64,000 nt of DNA from an uncultured delta proteobacterium (GCA_963804955.1 CAWDSQ010000036.1:1-64000); one strand, 5' to 3'. Numbered from the stretch's first letter, positions 30,733-42,169 are shown. Notes: generated from the sequence alone by a model not told the origin. Made by a program: numbers and translations.

Positions 30733-33700
30733 TCAGTGAAAGCTCACGCTGTGCTTGCCCATGATGGACTCAACCTCGGTGATGAGCAGGGGCGAGGCGC
30801 TGGTCTTGAATCCGTCGCCAAAGCTGATGACCGTTTCGCCCGAGCCGGGAATGACCACATGCATGTACACTTTTGACTTGCCGGGGTTGTTTTTCAGTAT
30901 ACCCTTCATTTTGGAAAGCCCGATGTCGTTTACCTTGTGGATGTGGCATTTCACGTGAATTTCGGGCGTTGCGATTTCATAGGCTTTTTCAATGGGCACG
31001 ATTTCTGTTGCCAGAATGCTGTTGCCTTCGGCTTCGATCTTGAGATCGCCCTTGACGATGATCGGGTGTTCGCCTTTGAGCAGGTTCTCATACTGCGCAT
31101 ACTGCTTCGGGAAAACCACCACCTTGATGGTCCCCAGCACGTCTTCGAGGGTGACATGGGCCATGAGCTTGCCGGCTTTTTTCGTGGTGAGGCTTCTCAG
31201 GGCGCTGACCACGCCGCCGATGGTGATGGCACGTTCTTTCGTTTCCGCGGCAGCGCTTGCTGTTGTCGAGCTGGTGCAGGCCCGCAGTATGACCATGTAG
31301 TGGTCAAGCGGGTGGCCGGTCACGTAGAAGCCCAGACACTCCTTTTCGTAATTGAGCCGCTCCTTCTGGTCCCAGTCGGGCAGGTCGGGGTAGACCATGG
31401 TGTCGTCGCCGGCTGTGCCGGCTTTCTCCGATATGGCGGCAAACATGCTCATCTGGTTTTTCGCCTTTTCCTTCTGCTCGCGCTGCACCAGGGCTGTCAC
31501 GTCGTCGGCAACGGCCATGAGCTGCGAGCGCTTCACGCCGAAGGAGTCCATGGCGCCGCACTTGATAAGGCTTTCCACGACCTTCTTGTTCACCTTGCGC
31601 AGGTCAACGCGGCGGCAGAGATCAAGCAGCGACCTGAACGGCCCGTCCTTTTCCCGCGCCGCGATGATAGAATCGATGGCTGCGGACCCCACGTTTTTCA
31701 CCGCTGCGAGCCCGAACCTGATCTTGTTGCCCACAACCTTGAAGCCCTCAATGCTGTCGTTGACATCCGGCGGCAGCACGTCAATATGCTTTTCGCGGCA
31801 TTCGCTGATGTAGTTGACCACCTTGTCGGTATTGCCCATTTCCGAGCTCAGCAGCGCCGCCATGAATTCAACCGGGAAGTGCGCCTTCAGATAGGCTGTC
31901 TGGTAGGTTATGGAGGCATAGGCTGCGCTGTGGGACTTGTTGAAACCGTATTCGGCGAATTTTTCCATAAGGGCGAAAATGTCGGCAGCCTTGTCCTGGT
32001 TTATCTTGTTTTTTTTCGCGCCTTCAAGAAACTTTTCCTTTTGCTTGAGCATCTCCTCTTTTTTCTTTTTGCCCATGGCGCGGCGCAGCAGATCGGCATC
32101 GGCCAGCGAAAAACCGGCAAGATTGCTGGCGATGCGCATGACCTGCTCCTGATAGAGGATGATGCCATAGGTCTCTTTGAGAACATCCTCAAGCTGGGGC
32201 AGGGGATAGGCTATGGGCTTCCTGCCATGCTTGCATGCCACGAAATCATCGACCATGCCGCTGCCCAGGGGGCCCGGCCGGTACAGGGCCAGAAGGGCGG
32301 TGAGGTCTTCGATATTGCCCGGCCGAATGCGCGTCAGGAGCTCCTTCATCCCGGAGCTTTCAAGCTGGAACACGCCGTCGGTTTCACCTGATGACAGAAG
32401 CTCATAGCTTTTCGGGTCATTCAGGGGCAGGTCGTTGATGTCGGGCAGATCATTTGCGGGATTTGCCCTGACAAACTCAACGCTTTTTTCAATCACCGTG
32501 AGGGTCTTCAGACCCAGAAAGTCGAACTTGATAAGACCGATGGCATCAACGCCCTTCATTTCAAACTGCGTCATCACAACGCCATCGGTTGATTTGCACA
32601 TGGGCACATAATTATCAAGGGGCGCATCGGCAATCACCACCCCTGCGGCATGGGTGGAAGCATGGCGGGCAAGCCCTTCAAGGGCTTTTGAAATGGTGAT
32701 AAGCCTTTGTATCTGCTCGTCGGTATCGATCAAGTCCTTCAGGCGCGGCTCCTGCAGAATGGCCAGATCGATGGTCATTTTCGGATCAGCAGGCACGAGC
32801 TTGGCGATGGTGTCGACTTCCTTGTAGGGCATGTCAAGGGCACGGCCCACATCCCGTATAACGCCTTTTGCATTCATGCGGCCGAAGGTGATGATCTGGG
32901 CCACATTTTCCTTGCCGTATTTCTCGGTCACATACTTGATGATGCGGTCGCGGTTCTCCTGGCAGAAGTCGACGTCTATATCAGGAGGGTTTACGCGCTC
33001 GGGGTTCAGAAAGCGCTCGAAGAGCAGGTTGTTTTCAATCGGATCGATCTCGGTGATGCCAAGGGTGTAGGCCACAAGACTTCCTGCTGCCGAGCCGCGG
33101 CCCGGCCCCACAGGGCAGCCATTGTTTTTTGCATACTTGATGAAATCGGAAACAATGAGAAAATAGGTCGTAAACTGCATCTGCGTTATCATCTTGATTT
33201 CGTCTTCAAGCCTTTTTCGATAGACCGCGGCGCGCTTTTCGAATTCATCAGGATGGGCCCGCCTGATTTTAACAAGCCGCTCTTCAAGGCCCGTGCGGCT
33301 CATTTCCTCGAAATAGCTCTGGTTGATTTTGCCTTCGGGCGGGGTGAAGTTGGGGAATTTGTATTCACCCAGGGTTATTTCAAAATTGCAGCGCTCGGCA
33401 ATGGCTATGGTGTTTTTCAGGGCCTCGGGCACAGAGGAGAAAGCCCGCTGCATTTCATCCGGCGACTTGAAGTAAAACTCCTCGGTGGTGAAGCGCATGC
33501 GGCCGGGCGTGTTGATGGTCTTGCCGGTCTGAATGCACAGCAGCACTTCGTGGGCGAAGGCGTCACCGGCGTTCAGATAGTGGCAGTCATTGGTTGCCAC
33601 CAGGGGTATGCCTGTTTTTTTCGCTATTTCAATCAGCCCTTCATTTACCCTGCGCTGGTCGTCGAGCTTGTTTTCCTGCATCTCAAGGTAAAAGCGCTCA

Positions 33701-34212
33701 TTGTCAAAAAGCTGGCGGTACTCGTCGGCCAGTGCCAGGGCCTGCTTCATGTCGCCTGCAAGTATCGCATGCGGAATTTCGCCGTGCAGGCAGGCAGACA
33801 GGGCGATAAGCCCCTCATGGTGCTCCTGTAAAATCTGTTTGTCGATGCGTGGCTTATAATACATGCCTTCAATATAGGCGGCCGAGACGAGCTTGAGCAG
33901 ATTATGATACCCGGTCTTGTTTGTCGCCAATAGTATGAGATGATTGTTGGAGCCTTTGCTGCTGGAGGCGTCCTTGTCGAAACGGCTGCCCGGCGCCAGA
34001 TACATTTCGCAGCCGATGATGGGCTTCAGGCCGTTTTTTGTGGCTTTTTCATAGAAATCAACGGTGCCGAACATATTGCCGTGGTCGGTCATGGTAATGG
34101 CGGGCATGTGATACTCTTTGGCCTTGTGCATCAGGTCATCAAGCCGGATGGCGCCGTCAAGCAGGCTGTACTGCGTATGCACGTGGAGATGGACGAATTC
34201 TGCGTGTTTCAT
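30733..34212 (-). CDS. dnaE: DNA polymerase III alpha subunit
   Basis: PHP HLHVHTQYSLLDG, GPGRGSAAGS, PDIDVDF, KFDFLGL, YGFNKSHS. Confidence 0.98.
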   Translation of the reverse strand: MKHAEFVHLHVHTQYSLLDGAIRLDDLMHKAKEYHMPAITMTDHGNMFGTVDFYEKATKNGLKPIIGCEMYLAPGSRFDKDASSSKGSNNHLILLATNKTGYHNLLKLVSAAYIEGMYYKPRIDKQILQEHHEGLIALSACLHGEIPHAILAGDMKQALALADEYRQLFDNERFYLEMQENKLDDQRRVNEGLIEIAKKTGIPLVATNDCHYLNAGDAFAHEVLLCIQTGKTINTPGRMRFTTEEFYFKSPDEMQRAFSSVPEALKNTIAIAERCNFEITLGEYKFPNFTPPEGKINQSYFEEMSRTGLEERLVKIRRAHPDEFEKRAAVYRKRLEDEIKMITQMQFTTYFLIVSDFIKYAKNNGCPVGPGRGSAAGSLVAYTLGITEIDPIENNLLFERFLNPERVNPPDIDVDFCQENRDRIIKYVTEKYGKENVAQIITFGRMNAKGVIRDVGRALDMPYKEVDTIAKLVPADPKMTIDLAILQEPRLKDLIDTDEQIQRLITISKALEGLARHASTHAAGVVIADAPLDNYVPMCKSTDGVVMTQFEMKGVDAIGLIKFDFLGLKTLTVIEKSVEFVRANPANDLPDINDLPLNDPKSYELLSSGETDGVFQLESSGMKELLTRIRPGNIEDLTALLALYRPGPLGSGMVDDFVACKHGRKPIAYPLPQLEDVLKETYGIILYQEQVMRIASNLAGFSLADADLLRRAMGKKKKEEMLKQKEKFLEGAKKNKINQDKAADIFALMEKFAEYGFNKSHSAAYASITYQTAYLKAHFPVEFMAALLSSEMGNTDKVVNYISECREKHIDVLPPDVNDSIEGFKVVGNKIRFGLAAVKNVGSAAIDSIIAAREKDGPFRSLLDLCRRVDLRKVNKKVVESLIKCGAMDSFGVKRSQLMAVADDVTALVQREQKEKAKNQMSMFAAISEKAGTAGDDTMVYPDLPDWDQKERLNYEKECLGFYVTGHPLDHYMVILRACTSSTTASAAAETKERAITIGGVVSALRSLTTKKAGKLMAHVTLEDVLGTIKVVVFPKQYAQYENLLKGEHPIIVKGDLKIEAEGNSILATEIVPIEKAYEIATPEIHVKCHIHKVNDIGLSKMKGILKNNPGKSKVYMHVVIPGSGETVISFGDGFKTSASPLLITEVESIMGKHSVSFH

Positions 34213-34683
34213 TGAAGAGGTATCCTTGCTGGAGTTCAAAAAAGTCGCATGTGGTGTATAGCCACAATAAAGCACTCGCCGTAAATATTCAATATAAGAT
34301 TTAATCTGTTGAATTTGTTTATTGTCTTTGATCAGTTCTATTGGTTCGAATATCTTCTGTGCATAACAGTTTATACAGCAATTAAGAAAGAAATTATCAT
34401 CGTCCCAGTCAGGGGGAGTGGACTAAGGTGAGGGGGCATGCTTTTAGCCGTCTCAGGCGAACAACAAAAGCCCCTATCTCCCCGCCCTCTACGACCCTGT
34501 GGTGATTCTGGCCGCCTGTTTTTTGTTTCTGGTTTTTTAATTCCGGCCACTGAATTTTTTATATTTGACAAATATTTTGTTTTTTATAAAGATTATTAAA
34601 AATATTTTACACCCATTAAAGGCGGGGGAAAACAAAGCTGCATAAAAGCCGCCGATACGGCGGGAGAAAGTTCGGCGCAATCC

Positions 34684-34923
34684 ATGATTGAGAAAAAAGA
34701 TCTGCTGCAGGCAGTGCAGGCGCTGCTTGATGTGGAAGAGGAAATGCTGGCTCTCTGCCAACGGCAGGTCGGCAGCATCACGTTTTTTTCCGGTCTTCCC
34801 CTGCGGAGCCGCCCCGACGTTCGCGCAGGGCTGGAAGCATTTTGTGCCCGGTCGCAGCAGCACAGGCAGGCCCTTCAAAATCTTATGGCCGGGATTCTAT
34901 CGGGGGGGCAGGATGTTTACTAA
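34684..34923 (+). CDS. Small helical hypothetical protein
   Basis: 79-aa ORF overlapping the next start; ferritin-half-like Glu/His pattern. Confidence 0.5.
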   Translation: MIEKKDLLQAVQALLDVEEEMLALCQRQVGSITFFSGLPLRSRPDVRAGLEAFCARSQQHRQALQNLMAGILSGGQDVY

Positions 34924-35425
34924 GTCCGACTACCTGAACTATCTAGACCTGCTGGCGGAAAAAGAGCGCGACATGATGTTCGGCCTGCACCGCCTGATTG
35001 ATAAGGTATCGGACGAAGCTGTTGCGGGTCAGCTGCGCGACCTGCTGCGGGAAAAGCAGGAGGCATCCGGGGAGGTCACCCAACTGTTCGGCAGGCTGTT
35101 CGGGCTGGCTGCCGAGCAGCGGCGGTATAAGCGCGAACCCGCCCTGGGCGAGGCAAAGCTGCGCAATCTCGAAAGCGGGGAAATGGCCGCCTGCCGCTGC
35201 CTTGATATATCCCTGGGGGGGCTGTGCGTCCAGCTGTCAGCCGAACTGCCGCAGGGTGTGCTGCTGGCACTGGAAGTCCGTTTTTTTGAATCGCGCCGTC
35301 CCGTTGTGCGCAGGGCCACGGTCAGGTGGTGCCGCCGGACTGAAGACGGCCGGTACAGGGCGGGCCTTCAGTTCGAAGCGTCACAGGCGACGCATTCAGC
35401 AGAGGCTATCTGCGAAGACGGTTGA
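34913..35425 (+). CDS. PilZ domain protein with N-terminal helical domain
   Basis: QRRYKR (RxxxR), DISLGG (DxSxxG), VRW...GLQF. Confidence 0.85.
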   Translation: MFTKSDYLNYLDLLAEKERDMMFGLHRLIDKVSDEAVAGQLRDLLREKQEASGEVTQLFGRLFGLAAEQRRYKREPALGEAKLRNLESGEMAACRCLDISLGGLCVQLSAELPQGVLLALEVRFFESRRPVVRRATVRWCRRTEDGRYRAGLQFEASQATHSAEAICEDG

Positions 35426-35550
35426 GACGGCGGGTGGAGGAATCTAAAATTCCGGCTGCCCCCCATCAAACTGAAGTGTAAAAAGCCGGAGAAGGACCCG
35501 ATGTTGGCCCTATCCGGCTTTTTGGTTTCATTGCAGTGGAAGTAAGCAGC

Positions 35551-36000
35551 TTACCTCGAGGGATCGCTGAATTTCGGCTTCCAGTGGTCATTTCCGCTGC
35601 CGTAATAGTAGTTGTTGACGACCACTGTTTTTTCCACGACAACCGGCCGTTCAACAACCGCAGGAGCTGCATAGTACTCCGGCGCCGGCGCATAGACTAC
35701 CGGGGGAGCATAAACCACCGGTGGCGCATACATAACCGGGGGAGCACAATAGCCGCCGCCATAGTAACCGTACCCTCTGCCCCAGTAACCGGGGTAATAA
35801 CCGCCGCCATATCCGCCATAATAACCCCAGCCGCCAAGGCCAATGGCAATACTGGTAAAACTTCCGTGGTGACCGCCGCCATAGTAATGGTGTCCGCCAT
35901 GGCCACCGTGTCCTCCATGGCGCCCTCCATGACCACCGCCGGCTATGGCTTGAGCACCCGTCATAAAAAAAATCGCCACTGCGAGTATGAAAGTTTTCAT
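35551..36000 (-). CDS. Small secreted Gly/His/Tyr/Pro-rich protein
   Basis: Signal peptide, GGHGG and GYYG repeats, APPVVY repeats; GGAG-type RBS upstream. Confidence 0.7.
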   Translation of the reverse strand: MKTFILAVAIFFMTGAQAIAGGGHGGRHGGHGGHGGHHYYGGGHHGSFTSIAIGLGGWGYYGGYGGGYYPGYWGRGYGYYGGGYCAPPVMYAPPVVYAPPVVYAPAPEYYAAPAVVERPVVVEKTVVVNNYYYGSGNDHWKPKFSDPSR

Positions 36001-36413
36001 AGCGTCACCTGTATGCCTTGTCTTTATCAATCTGCTGACAGGGTTCCATCAGCATGTATTTTATTTAAAAGTATATCACGGCTTACTGCAAATTCCTACT
36101 GCTGAAACCGGCATGAGGGCTTTTAGGGTTTCGCCTTTAATCGTCGGATATATCCCCGGCTGTGATCGAGATGCTGAGAACGCAGAGCAAGAAAATTTTC
36201 CACCTCTGTGCACTCTGTGACCCTGTGATGAAACTTCTGGATGCCTGCTCTTTTCTTTCATTTTTCTTTGACAATTTTTAATAATTTTATTAGATTTTTT
36301 ATTACAATATTCATACCTGTTAAAGGGGATACTCAAAACCACGCAAAATTCAAAATTCATTAAAATTTCGGAAAATTTTCCTTTCAGCCTGAATAATTTT
36401 TTCGGAGAGAGCC

Positions 36414-37655
36414 ATGAAGAACAAAGCCATTACAATTTCCAAAAATGACCTGAGAAAGTCACTGCCCGATGTTGCCTGCAATGAAGCAGAGGATGCTTTT
36501 TTTGCTGTCTGGGCCGCAGCCCCCGGCATGGACAGCAGCAGTGCCGATTACTTTATTTCCGGCCAGAAAATTTCAAGCTCGGGCGAGACACTGGGCGGGC
36601 CTGTCGAGGTGCTGAAAACCGAAGACATACTGATGCTGCCCCGCGTGCTGTACAATCCCAACAAAAACCAATACCTGGTTATCTACTGCCGCGGGGAAAA
36701 CAATTTTAATATCCGGGGCATGATTCTTGATGCCGGCGGCAGGGCTGTGGGTGAGCAGTTCAAGGTGACCGATGTGCCGGCAAACCAGTTTCATTATACC
36801 ATGGCATTCAATTCCAGAAGAAATCAGTTTCTCATCACCTACAATGACTTCCGGGATGATGTGGGGACTGCCTACGGGGTTATCATAGATGACACAGGCG
36901 CGGTCGTAAAAGGGGAGTTTGCCATCAGCAATGCCCCGGGCCATCAGGTGAACCCCGTGGTGTGCTACAACCCGCAGAATGATACCTATCTTGTAAACTG
37001 GGAGGATTTCAGAGCCCACGGCAATGGCCTTGAGCCCCTTGGCACGCTTGAGGTCATGACCGATATCTACGGCGCGCTGCTCTCCGCAGATGGCGCGATG
37101 CTGGTCAATGATATCCCCATGTGCGCCGATGCCGGTGCTGCGAATGCCGATCAGCGCTTTAACGGCATAGCCTACAATCCGAAGAAAAATGAATTTCTGG
37201 CCAGCTGGACCGATACCCGCACCAGCCTGCACAATGTGGGTATCATGGGCAGAATCGTGAAAGCAGACGGCTCCATGCCCGAGGCGGATTTTCCCCTGGT
37301 GAATCTGCCCGGCGCGCAGATGATAAGCCACACCCATTACGCGCCGCAGGATGATGCCTACTTTATGGCTTTTGAGTGCGACCGCAATGATGTGGACAAG
37401 TTTTATTTCAAGGACATTAACGCACATCTTGATATAGCTGCCCTGTGGCTCGATGCCGGCGGCCGTCCCGCTGGCGGCATGATCGATATTTTCAGCGGCA
37501 GCGGCAACCAGCGCTTTGTGCGCTTCGCCCACAGCGCTGCAAGCAACACATTTCTGCTGGTCTGGCAGAGCGATTTCCCGGGCGTGTCCGATTCGGTCGA
37601 GGGCCATATCATGAGCGCCGGCGGCAATATTATGGGCGCGCTCTACAAAAAGTAA
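36414..37655 (+). CDS. Hypothetical beta-propeller-like repeat protein
   Basis: Repeated P.V.YNP..N.YLV.W blades; RBS GGAGAG. Confidence 0.6.
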   Translation: MKNKAITISKNDLRKSLPDVACNEAEDAFFAVWAAAPGMDSSSADYFISGQKISSSGETLGGPVEVLKTEDILMLPRVLYNPNKNQYLVIYCRGENNFNIRGMILDAGGRAVGEQFKVTDVPANQFHYTMAFNSRRNQFLITYNDFRDDVGTAYGVIIDDTGAVVKGEFAISNAPGHQVNPVVCYNPQNDTYLVNWEDFRAHGNGLEPLGTLEVMTDIYGALLSADGAMLVNDIPMCADAGAANADQRFNGIAYNPKKNEFLASWTDTRTSLHNVGIMGRIVKADGSMPEADFPLVNLPGAQMISHTHYAPQDDAYFMAFECDRNDVDKFYFKDINAHLDIAALWLDAGGRPAGGMIDIFSGSGNQRFVRFAHSAASNTFLLVWQSDFPGVSDSVEGHIMSAGGNIMGALYKK

Positions 37656-37739
37656 TCCGCCCGGATTCCGCAAGTGTGCGCACCGCACACCGGATGTATA
37701 ATTAAAAGATTTCCGGAAATCAAACAGGCGGAGGATAGT

Positions 37740-38396
37740 ATGATTATAGTCATCAACGGCAGCCCAAAACCCAAGGGCAACACGCAGCGGATGCTGGAGA
37801 AAATAGCCGGGGATACCGGCTTCGAGTATGAAATTTTCAATCTGGCCGAATTGAAAATAAGCCCCTGCACAGGATGCGTCAAGTGCGCCCGGAACAATCG
37901 CTGCATTCAGCCCGATGATATGCTGCCCATGTATGACAGGATTGTCGCCGCCGATGCTCTGCTACTGGGCGGTGCGGTCTACTTCGGCCATGCCAATGCA
38001 GCTACGCTGACCTTTTTAGAGCGCCTTTTTCCCTTGCGGCATGTTGAGCCGCAGACTATCGGGAAATTTGCCGCGACGGTTTGTGTTGGAGGCAATGAGG
38101 CGGAGCAGAGCGTCAAACAATTATCCTATCAGCTGGAAAGCTACTTTAATTACAAAGTGATAGGCTCGGTCTTTTTCAACAGCGCCACGCCCCCGTGTTT
38201 TAGCTGCGGCTTCGGAACCACATGCCGCTATGGCGGCCCGGCCCGGTGGATGACGCAGGAAGAATTTGAAAATTTCAACGAAATCACGCCCGAGATGTTT
38301 CAAAACTTCGAGGATCATCCCGATGTGGTTGCAGCCTGTGCAAACCTTTCCCGTGAACTGAAGCAGGCCATTGCAGGTTTACCGGGACGGGTTTGA
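37740..38396 (+). CDS. Flavodoxin family / iron-sulfur flavoprotein
   Basis: NGSPKPKGNT, CTGCVKC-x5-C, DDM. Confidence 0.88.
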   Translation: MIIVINGSPKPKGNTQRMLEKIAGDTGFEYEIFNLAELKISPCTGCVKCARNNRCIQPDDMLPMYDRIVAADALLLGGAVYFGHANAATLTFLERLFPLRHVEPQTIGKFAATVCVGGNEAEQSVKQLSYQLESYFNYKVIGSVFFNSATPPCFSCGFGTTCRYGGPARWMTQEEFENFNEITPEMFQNFEDHPDVVAACANLSRELKQAIAGLPGRV

Positions 38397-38484
38397 TGCT
38401 TGCCGGATGAGCCCCATGAGCCTGCTTGTGAGTGGTAGTTGACGAGGTGGGGGAAACCCACCATTGATGTGAGGGAGGCACAAC

Positions 38485-38985
38485 ATGAAATCGATACTCA
38501 ATCGCAGAAGCATCCGGAAATACACATCCCAGGCTGTAACGGACAGCCAGATACAGCAGCTTTTAAAGGCGGCCATGGCTGCTCCCTCAGCCGGTAATGA
38601 ACAGCCCTGGGAATTTGTTGTCCTGCGGGATCGCACAACCCTCAAAGCAATTCCAAAGTTTCATCCGTATGCACTGATGCTGTATGAGGCCTCTGTGGCC
38701 ATTCTTGTCTGCGGTGATCTGAGCCGGGAAAAATATAAAGGCTACTGGGTGCAGGACTGCGCCGCGGCAACGGAAAACATGCTTCTTGCGGCAGTTGAGC
38801 TGGGGCTTGGCGCGGTATGGCTGGGGGTGTATCCCACAGAAGAGCGGGTCACGGCAATGCGCACGCTTCTGAATATTCCTGAAACAGTAGCGCCGTTTTC
38901 TTTAGTTTCCATCGGATATCCTGCGGAACAGCAAAAGCCTTCTGACAGATTTGATGCATCACGCATTCATTATAATCAGTGGTAA
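38485..38985 (+). CDS. Nitroreductase family protein
   Basis: RRSIRKY, APSAGNEQPW, QDCAAATENMLLAA..GLG.VW. Confidence 0.93.
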   Translation: MKSILNRRSIRKYTSQAVTDSQIQQLLKAAMAAPSAGNEQPWEFVVLRDRTTLKAIPKFHPYALMLYEASVAILVCGDLSREKYKGYWVQDCAAATENMLLAAVELGLGAVWLGVYPTEERVTAMRTLLNIPETVAPFSLVSIGYPAEQQKPSDRFDASRIHYNQW

Positions 38986-39096
38986 CAAGGGTGCGCTGCG
39001 CGTGCCGGATAGCAGGAAGTGGTGTGTGCACAGGTGTTTTTCGCTATACAGTCCCCGCTATGCGGGTGTTTGAGACTTTATATATGGAGGCTTGCA

Positions 39097-39648
39097 ATGA
39101 AAAAATCAATTTCAGTACCGGTTGTGTTCCTTGCCGTATGCTGTTTGCTTGCAGCCGGGTGCAAGCGCGAAGCGGAATTGTATTATGATGCAAGTGAATA
39201 TGCGGTTGAAATTACCGGTTTTGGCTATACCTCCCCGCAGGATGTGGAATGCTGTGTTGTTTTCGATGCCGCCAAATTACACGATTATGTCGGGTGGAAG
39301 ATCGTTGAAATAAGGCTTTTTAACCCTGATCAAAATAATGCTGTCAGCTATACCCCCGAAGTGTATGAGGCCCGTGCCGGCATTTCAAATCCGGACGGTC
39401 TGGTCAGTATAAACTCGAGTCCGGCTGAAATCACGAGCCTTAACTGGAAAACAATCACGCTTGATACGCCGGTCACTATTGAAAGCTCCAAAGATTACTG
39501 GGCAGGATACAGGGTAACGGCGCAGGCCGGCCAGTATCCACTTGCTGCAGGCGCGGAGCCGAATTATTCGAACAGCTACCTCTCAACGGGCGGCGGTTTT
39601 GCCTCCGTAACGTATAACTGGGTCATCAGAATAGTAGTTAAAAGATAG
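39097..39648 (+). CDS. Hypothetical lipoprotein
   Basis: GGAGG RBS; lipobox LLAAGC. Confidence 0.75.
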   Translation: MKKSISVPVVFLAVCCLLAAGCKREAELYYDASEYAVEITGFGYTSPQDVECCVVFDAAKLHDYVGWKIVEIRLFNPDQNNAVSYTPEVYEARAGISNPDGLVSINSSPAEITSLNWKTITLDTPVTIESSKDYWAGYRVTAQAGQYPLAAGAEPNYSNSYLSTGGGFASVTYNWVIRIVVKR

Positions 39649-39796
39649 ATCATAAAACAGGGGGCAACCGTCCATGATTTTTCCAGAGCAGGAGAAAGCG
39701 CGGTCCGGTTTTCCTTAAATGTCACACCCCTTTTTCGTTGCACGTAGCTTATGGCGGGCGCCAGGGTGTTTGCAATAGCAGCTGAGGAATTTGTAG

Positions 39797-39988
39797 ATGT
39801 TTGATCATCTTGTTCGCGACGGCGTCATACTTTTTTTAATCGGCGTGACAATTCTCAACAAAATATGTCCGTTCATCAAACAGAGCAGAGTATCGGACAC
39901 GCTTGCGACATTTCTCTGGGCAGGCTGGATCGCAACCGTTGTCGGCTTTGTCTCGATGATGGCAGGGGTTTATGTAAATTCCTGGTGA
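39797..39988 (+). CDS. Small two-TM membrane protein
   Basis: GAGG RBS; two hydrophobic segments. Confidence 0.5.
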   Translation: MFDHLVRDGVILFLIGVTILNKICPFIKQSRVSDTLATFLWAGWIATVVGFVSMMAGVYVNSW

Positions 39989-40341
39989 GCAGCGGATAGT
40001 TTGAGGTTGAGTCCCCTGCGACGGAGATCATTTTTCTGCACAGATACAAGGGATTCCCGTCAAGCGGGAATGACAGGGAATGAAGCCATCCAGCTCATGC
40101 ATGTAACTGTGTTTTGAGTGTCGGTTGCACGATTCAGTTAATTGCACTAATGAAAATCCGCACGAGCAATCCACCTGTTTGACATCTGAAGCTGAAGCAC
40201 ACAAATTTTTAACCATTGCATAACAAGGCCGGAGTCGGACATGCATGAGAAATAGGCCCCCGGGCTTTTTTCTATGCTATATTATAAGTTTAATTCTACG
40301 CAAGCAGCGTTTCTACTATAACAAAATCAAAGGAGGGTAAA

Positions 40342-41250
40342 ATGCGCACATGTACATCATCGGCAGTACTGGGTGTGCTGATTGCAGCAGCAGTGCTTAG
40401 TGCCGGAGGTATGCACCCGGCCGAAGCAGCACAAAAAACACAAGCCTTCACAATCAGCAGAGCGGAGCTTGAAGAAGCAGGCGCCACGCTGTTTAATCTG
40501 TCGCTTGCCATAGGCGGTGCGCGGGTCGATCTCATACAGAGCGATAACAGCGATATCATTTTGAAGGCTGAAATAACCTATAATGACTTTGGCCCTGTAC
40601 CAAAACTGCAGACAGCAGCTTCCGGCAGCATCTTTTCAGCAACGCTCAGTTCTGGAGACGAATCATCCTACATGATGCATTACAGCCCTTCCGTGCAGAC
40701 ATGGAGGGTTGAGATCGGCAGCTATAGCGTCGATACAGACCTGATGGTGGCAGGCGGTGGTGTAGCGTGTGATATGGACTTTGGCGGTATGCCGCTGCGC
40801 ACCATCAATCTCGCACTGGGAGGCGCATCCGCCACTATTGACTTTACCGTCCCGACAACGCGCCGGGTGGAAAGCTTTATGGTCGAAGGCGGCGGGATGA
40901 ATCTTGATATGAACCGGCTCGGCAACACGGACTTTGAGCGCTTTATGCTCGCCGGCGGAGGCGTGCTCGCCAGCCTTGATTTCAGCGGGGACTATGGCAG
41001 TACAATGCATGACGTCAAGATAATCGGCGCCGGCAGCCGGATCAGCATCTCGGTGCCGGAGGAAACCGGACAAGTGCTTGATTCGCTTTCAGTTGGTGGT
41101 CTGACAATCATTATGGGCCAGGGTTGGCAAAGAAATATAAACTTCTTCTTTTATAAGAATTACGAGTCGGACAATCATGACACTGCAGATGCGAATCTTG
41201 TTCTGCAACTGCTGTCAGCCGGATCTTTGATAACAGTCACACGCGACTAA
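40342..41250 (+). CDS. Secreted hypothetical protein with Gly-Gly beta-solenoid-like repeats (LiaF-like)
   Basis: Signal peptide; repeats such as LxLxxGGxxxxLDF; AAGGAGG RBS. Confidence 0.6.
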   Translation: MRTCTSSAVLGVLIAAAVLSAGGMHPAEAAQKTQAFTISRAELEEAGATLFNLSLAIGGARVDLIQSDNSDIILKAEITYNDFGPVPKLQTAASGSIFSATLSSGDESSYMMHYSPSVQTWRVEIGSYSVDTDLMVAGGGVACDMDFGGMPLRTINLALGGASATIDFTVPTTRRVESFMVEGGGMNLDMNRLGNTDFERFMLAGGGVLASLDFSGDYGSTMHDVKIIGAGSRISISVPEETGQVLDSLSVGGLTIIMGQGWQRNINFFFYKNYESDNHDTADANLVLQLLSAGSLITVTRD

Positions 41251-41624
41251 GGCCGCAACTTAACATCATTATAGGGATTCAGGCATAAATCCGGGGGTAA
41301 CCTGAATAAATCAGTTATAAAAAGCCGCCCGTCTCGGCGGGAAACCGTGGGACTGATGGGGCAGACCTGCGTGTCTGACCCCAGCAGGTGCGCCCTTTCA
41401 GGAGTATGTTCCCCATTTTCGGGCCGGTATAACGAAAAAGAGACAGTGGCGAATTTTTTTTACCTGCCAGAACAAAAATAATTCCGTGTGCTATACTCTA
41501 CCTTTAGATTGTTTATGCCGCAGCTGGCTCTTGAAGAAAGAGACCGTTTGTGGTTCGGTAAATAACAGTTGCTTACACCTCAATGTTAAGCAAAAACAAA
41601 ACACACTAACAAGGAGGATACACA

Positions 41625-41924
41625 ATGAAAAGTATCACTATTGCCGCGACCGTCTTTTTTTTACTGGCGCTCATTGCGCCGGTTTTTGCTGAAAACGTTG
41701 CCACGGGCGACCTTTGCAATCCCAAAAAAATGGAAGAATGCAAAACAAAAATTGACACGCTTTTAAAATCGGTTGAAAGCCTGCGTTCGAGGCTGCAGAA
41801 AACGCAGTTGGAAATCAATACTGGGCGCAAACTAACCAATGAGGAAGCCGACCGTATGTTGAAAAATATCGAGTCGACCAATCAGTCTTTACCGGCAACA
41901 GAAGGCTATATGTGGGACAATTGA
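41625..41924 (+). CDS. Small secreted coiled-coil protein
   Basis: AAGGAGG RBS, signal peptide, helical body. Confidence 0.7.
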   Translation: MKSITIAATVFFLLALIAPVFAENVATGDLCNPKKMEECKTKIDTLLKSVESLRSRLQKTQLEINTGRKLTNEEADRMLKNIESTNQSLPATEGYMWDN

Positions 41925-42169
41925 GGCTGGCCCGGACTTTGGCATGCCTGCAGCCTGCCTATTGCCGCATTCATAGGACATAAAAGGGGCAGAACCGCTT
42001 TTATGTCCACATGCAATCGCAATGCATGCTGAGAAACCGCCGCGGCGGTTTCTCAGCATGCCATTTGTCCAACAATTCCCATGCCCCATATTTTTTCAGC
42101 CCTTTATGCTTTTCCCCATTTCCGGTCTTTTCATTCCAAGCCTTTTCCACAGTGCTTTCAAATGATGCA

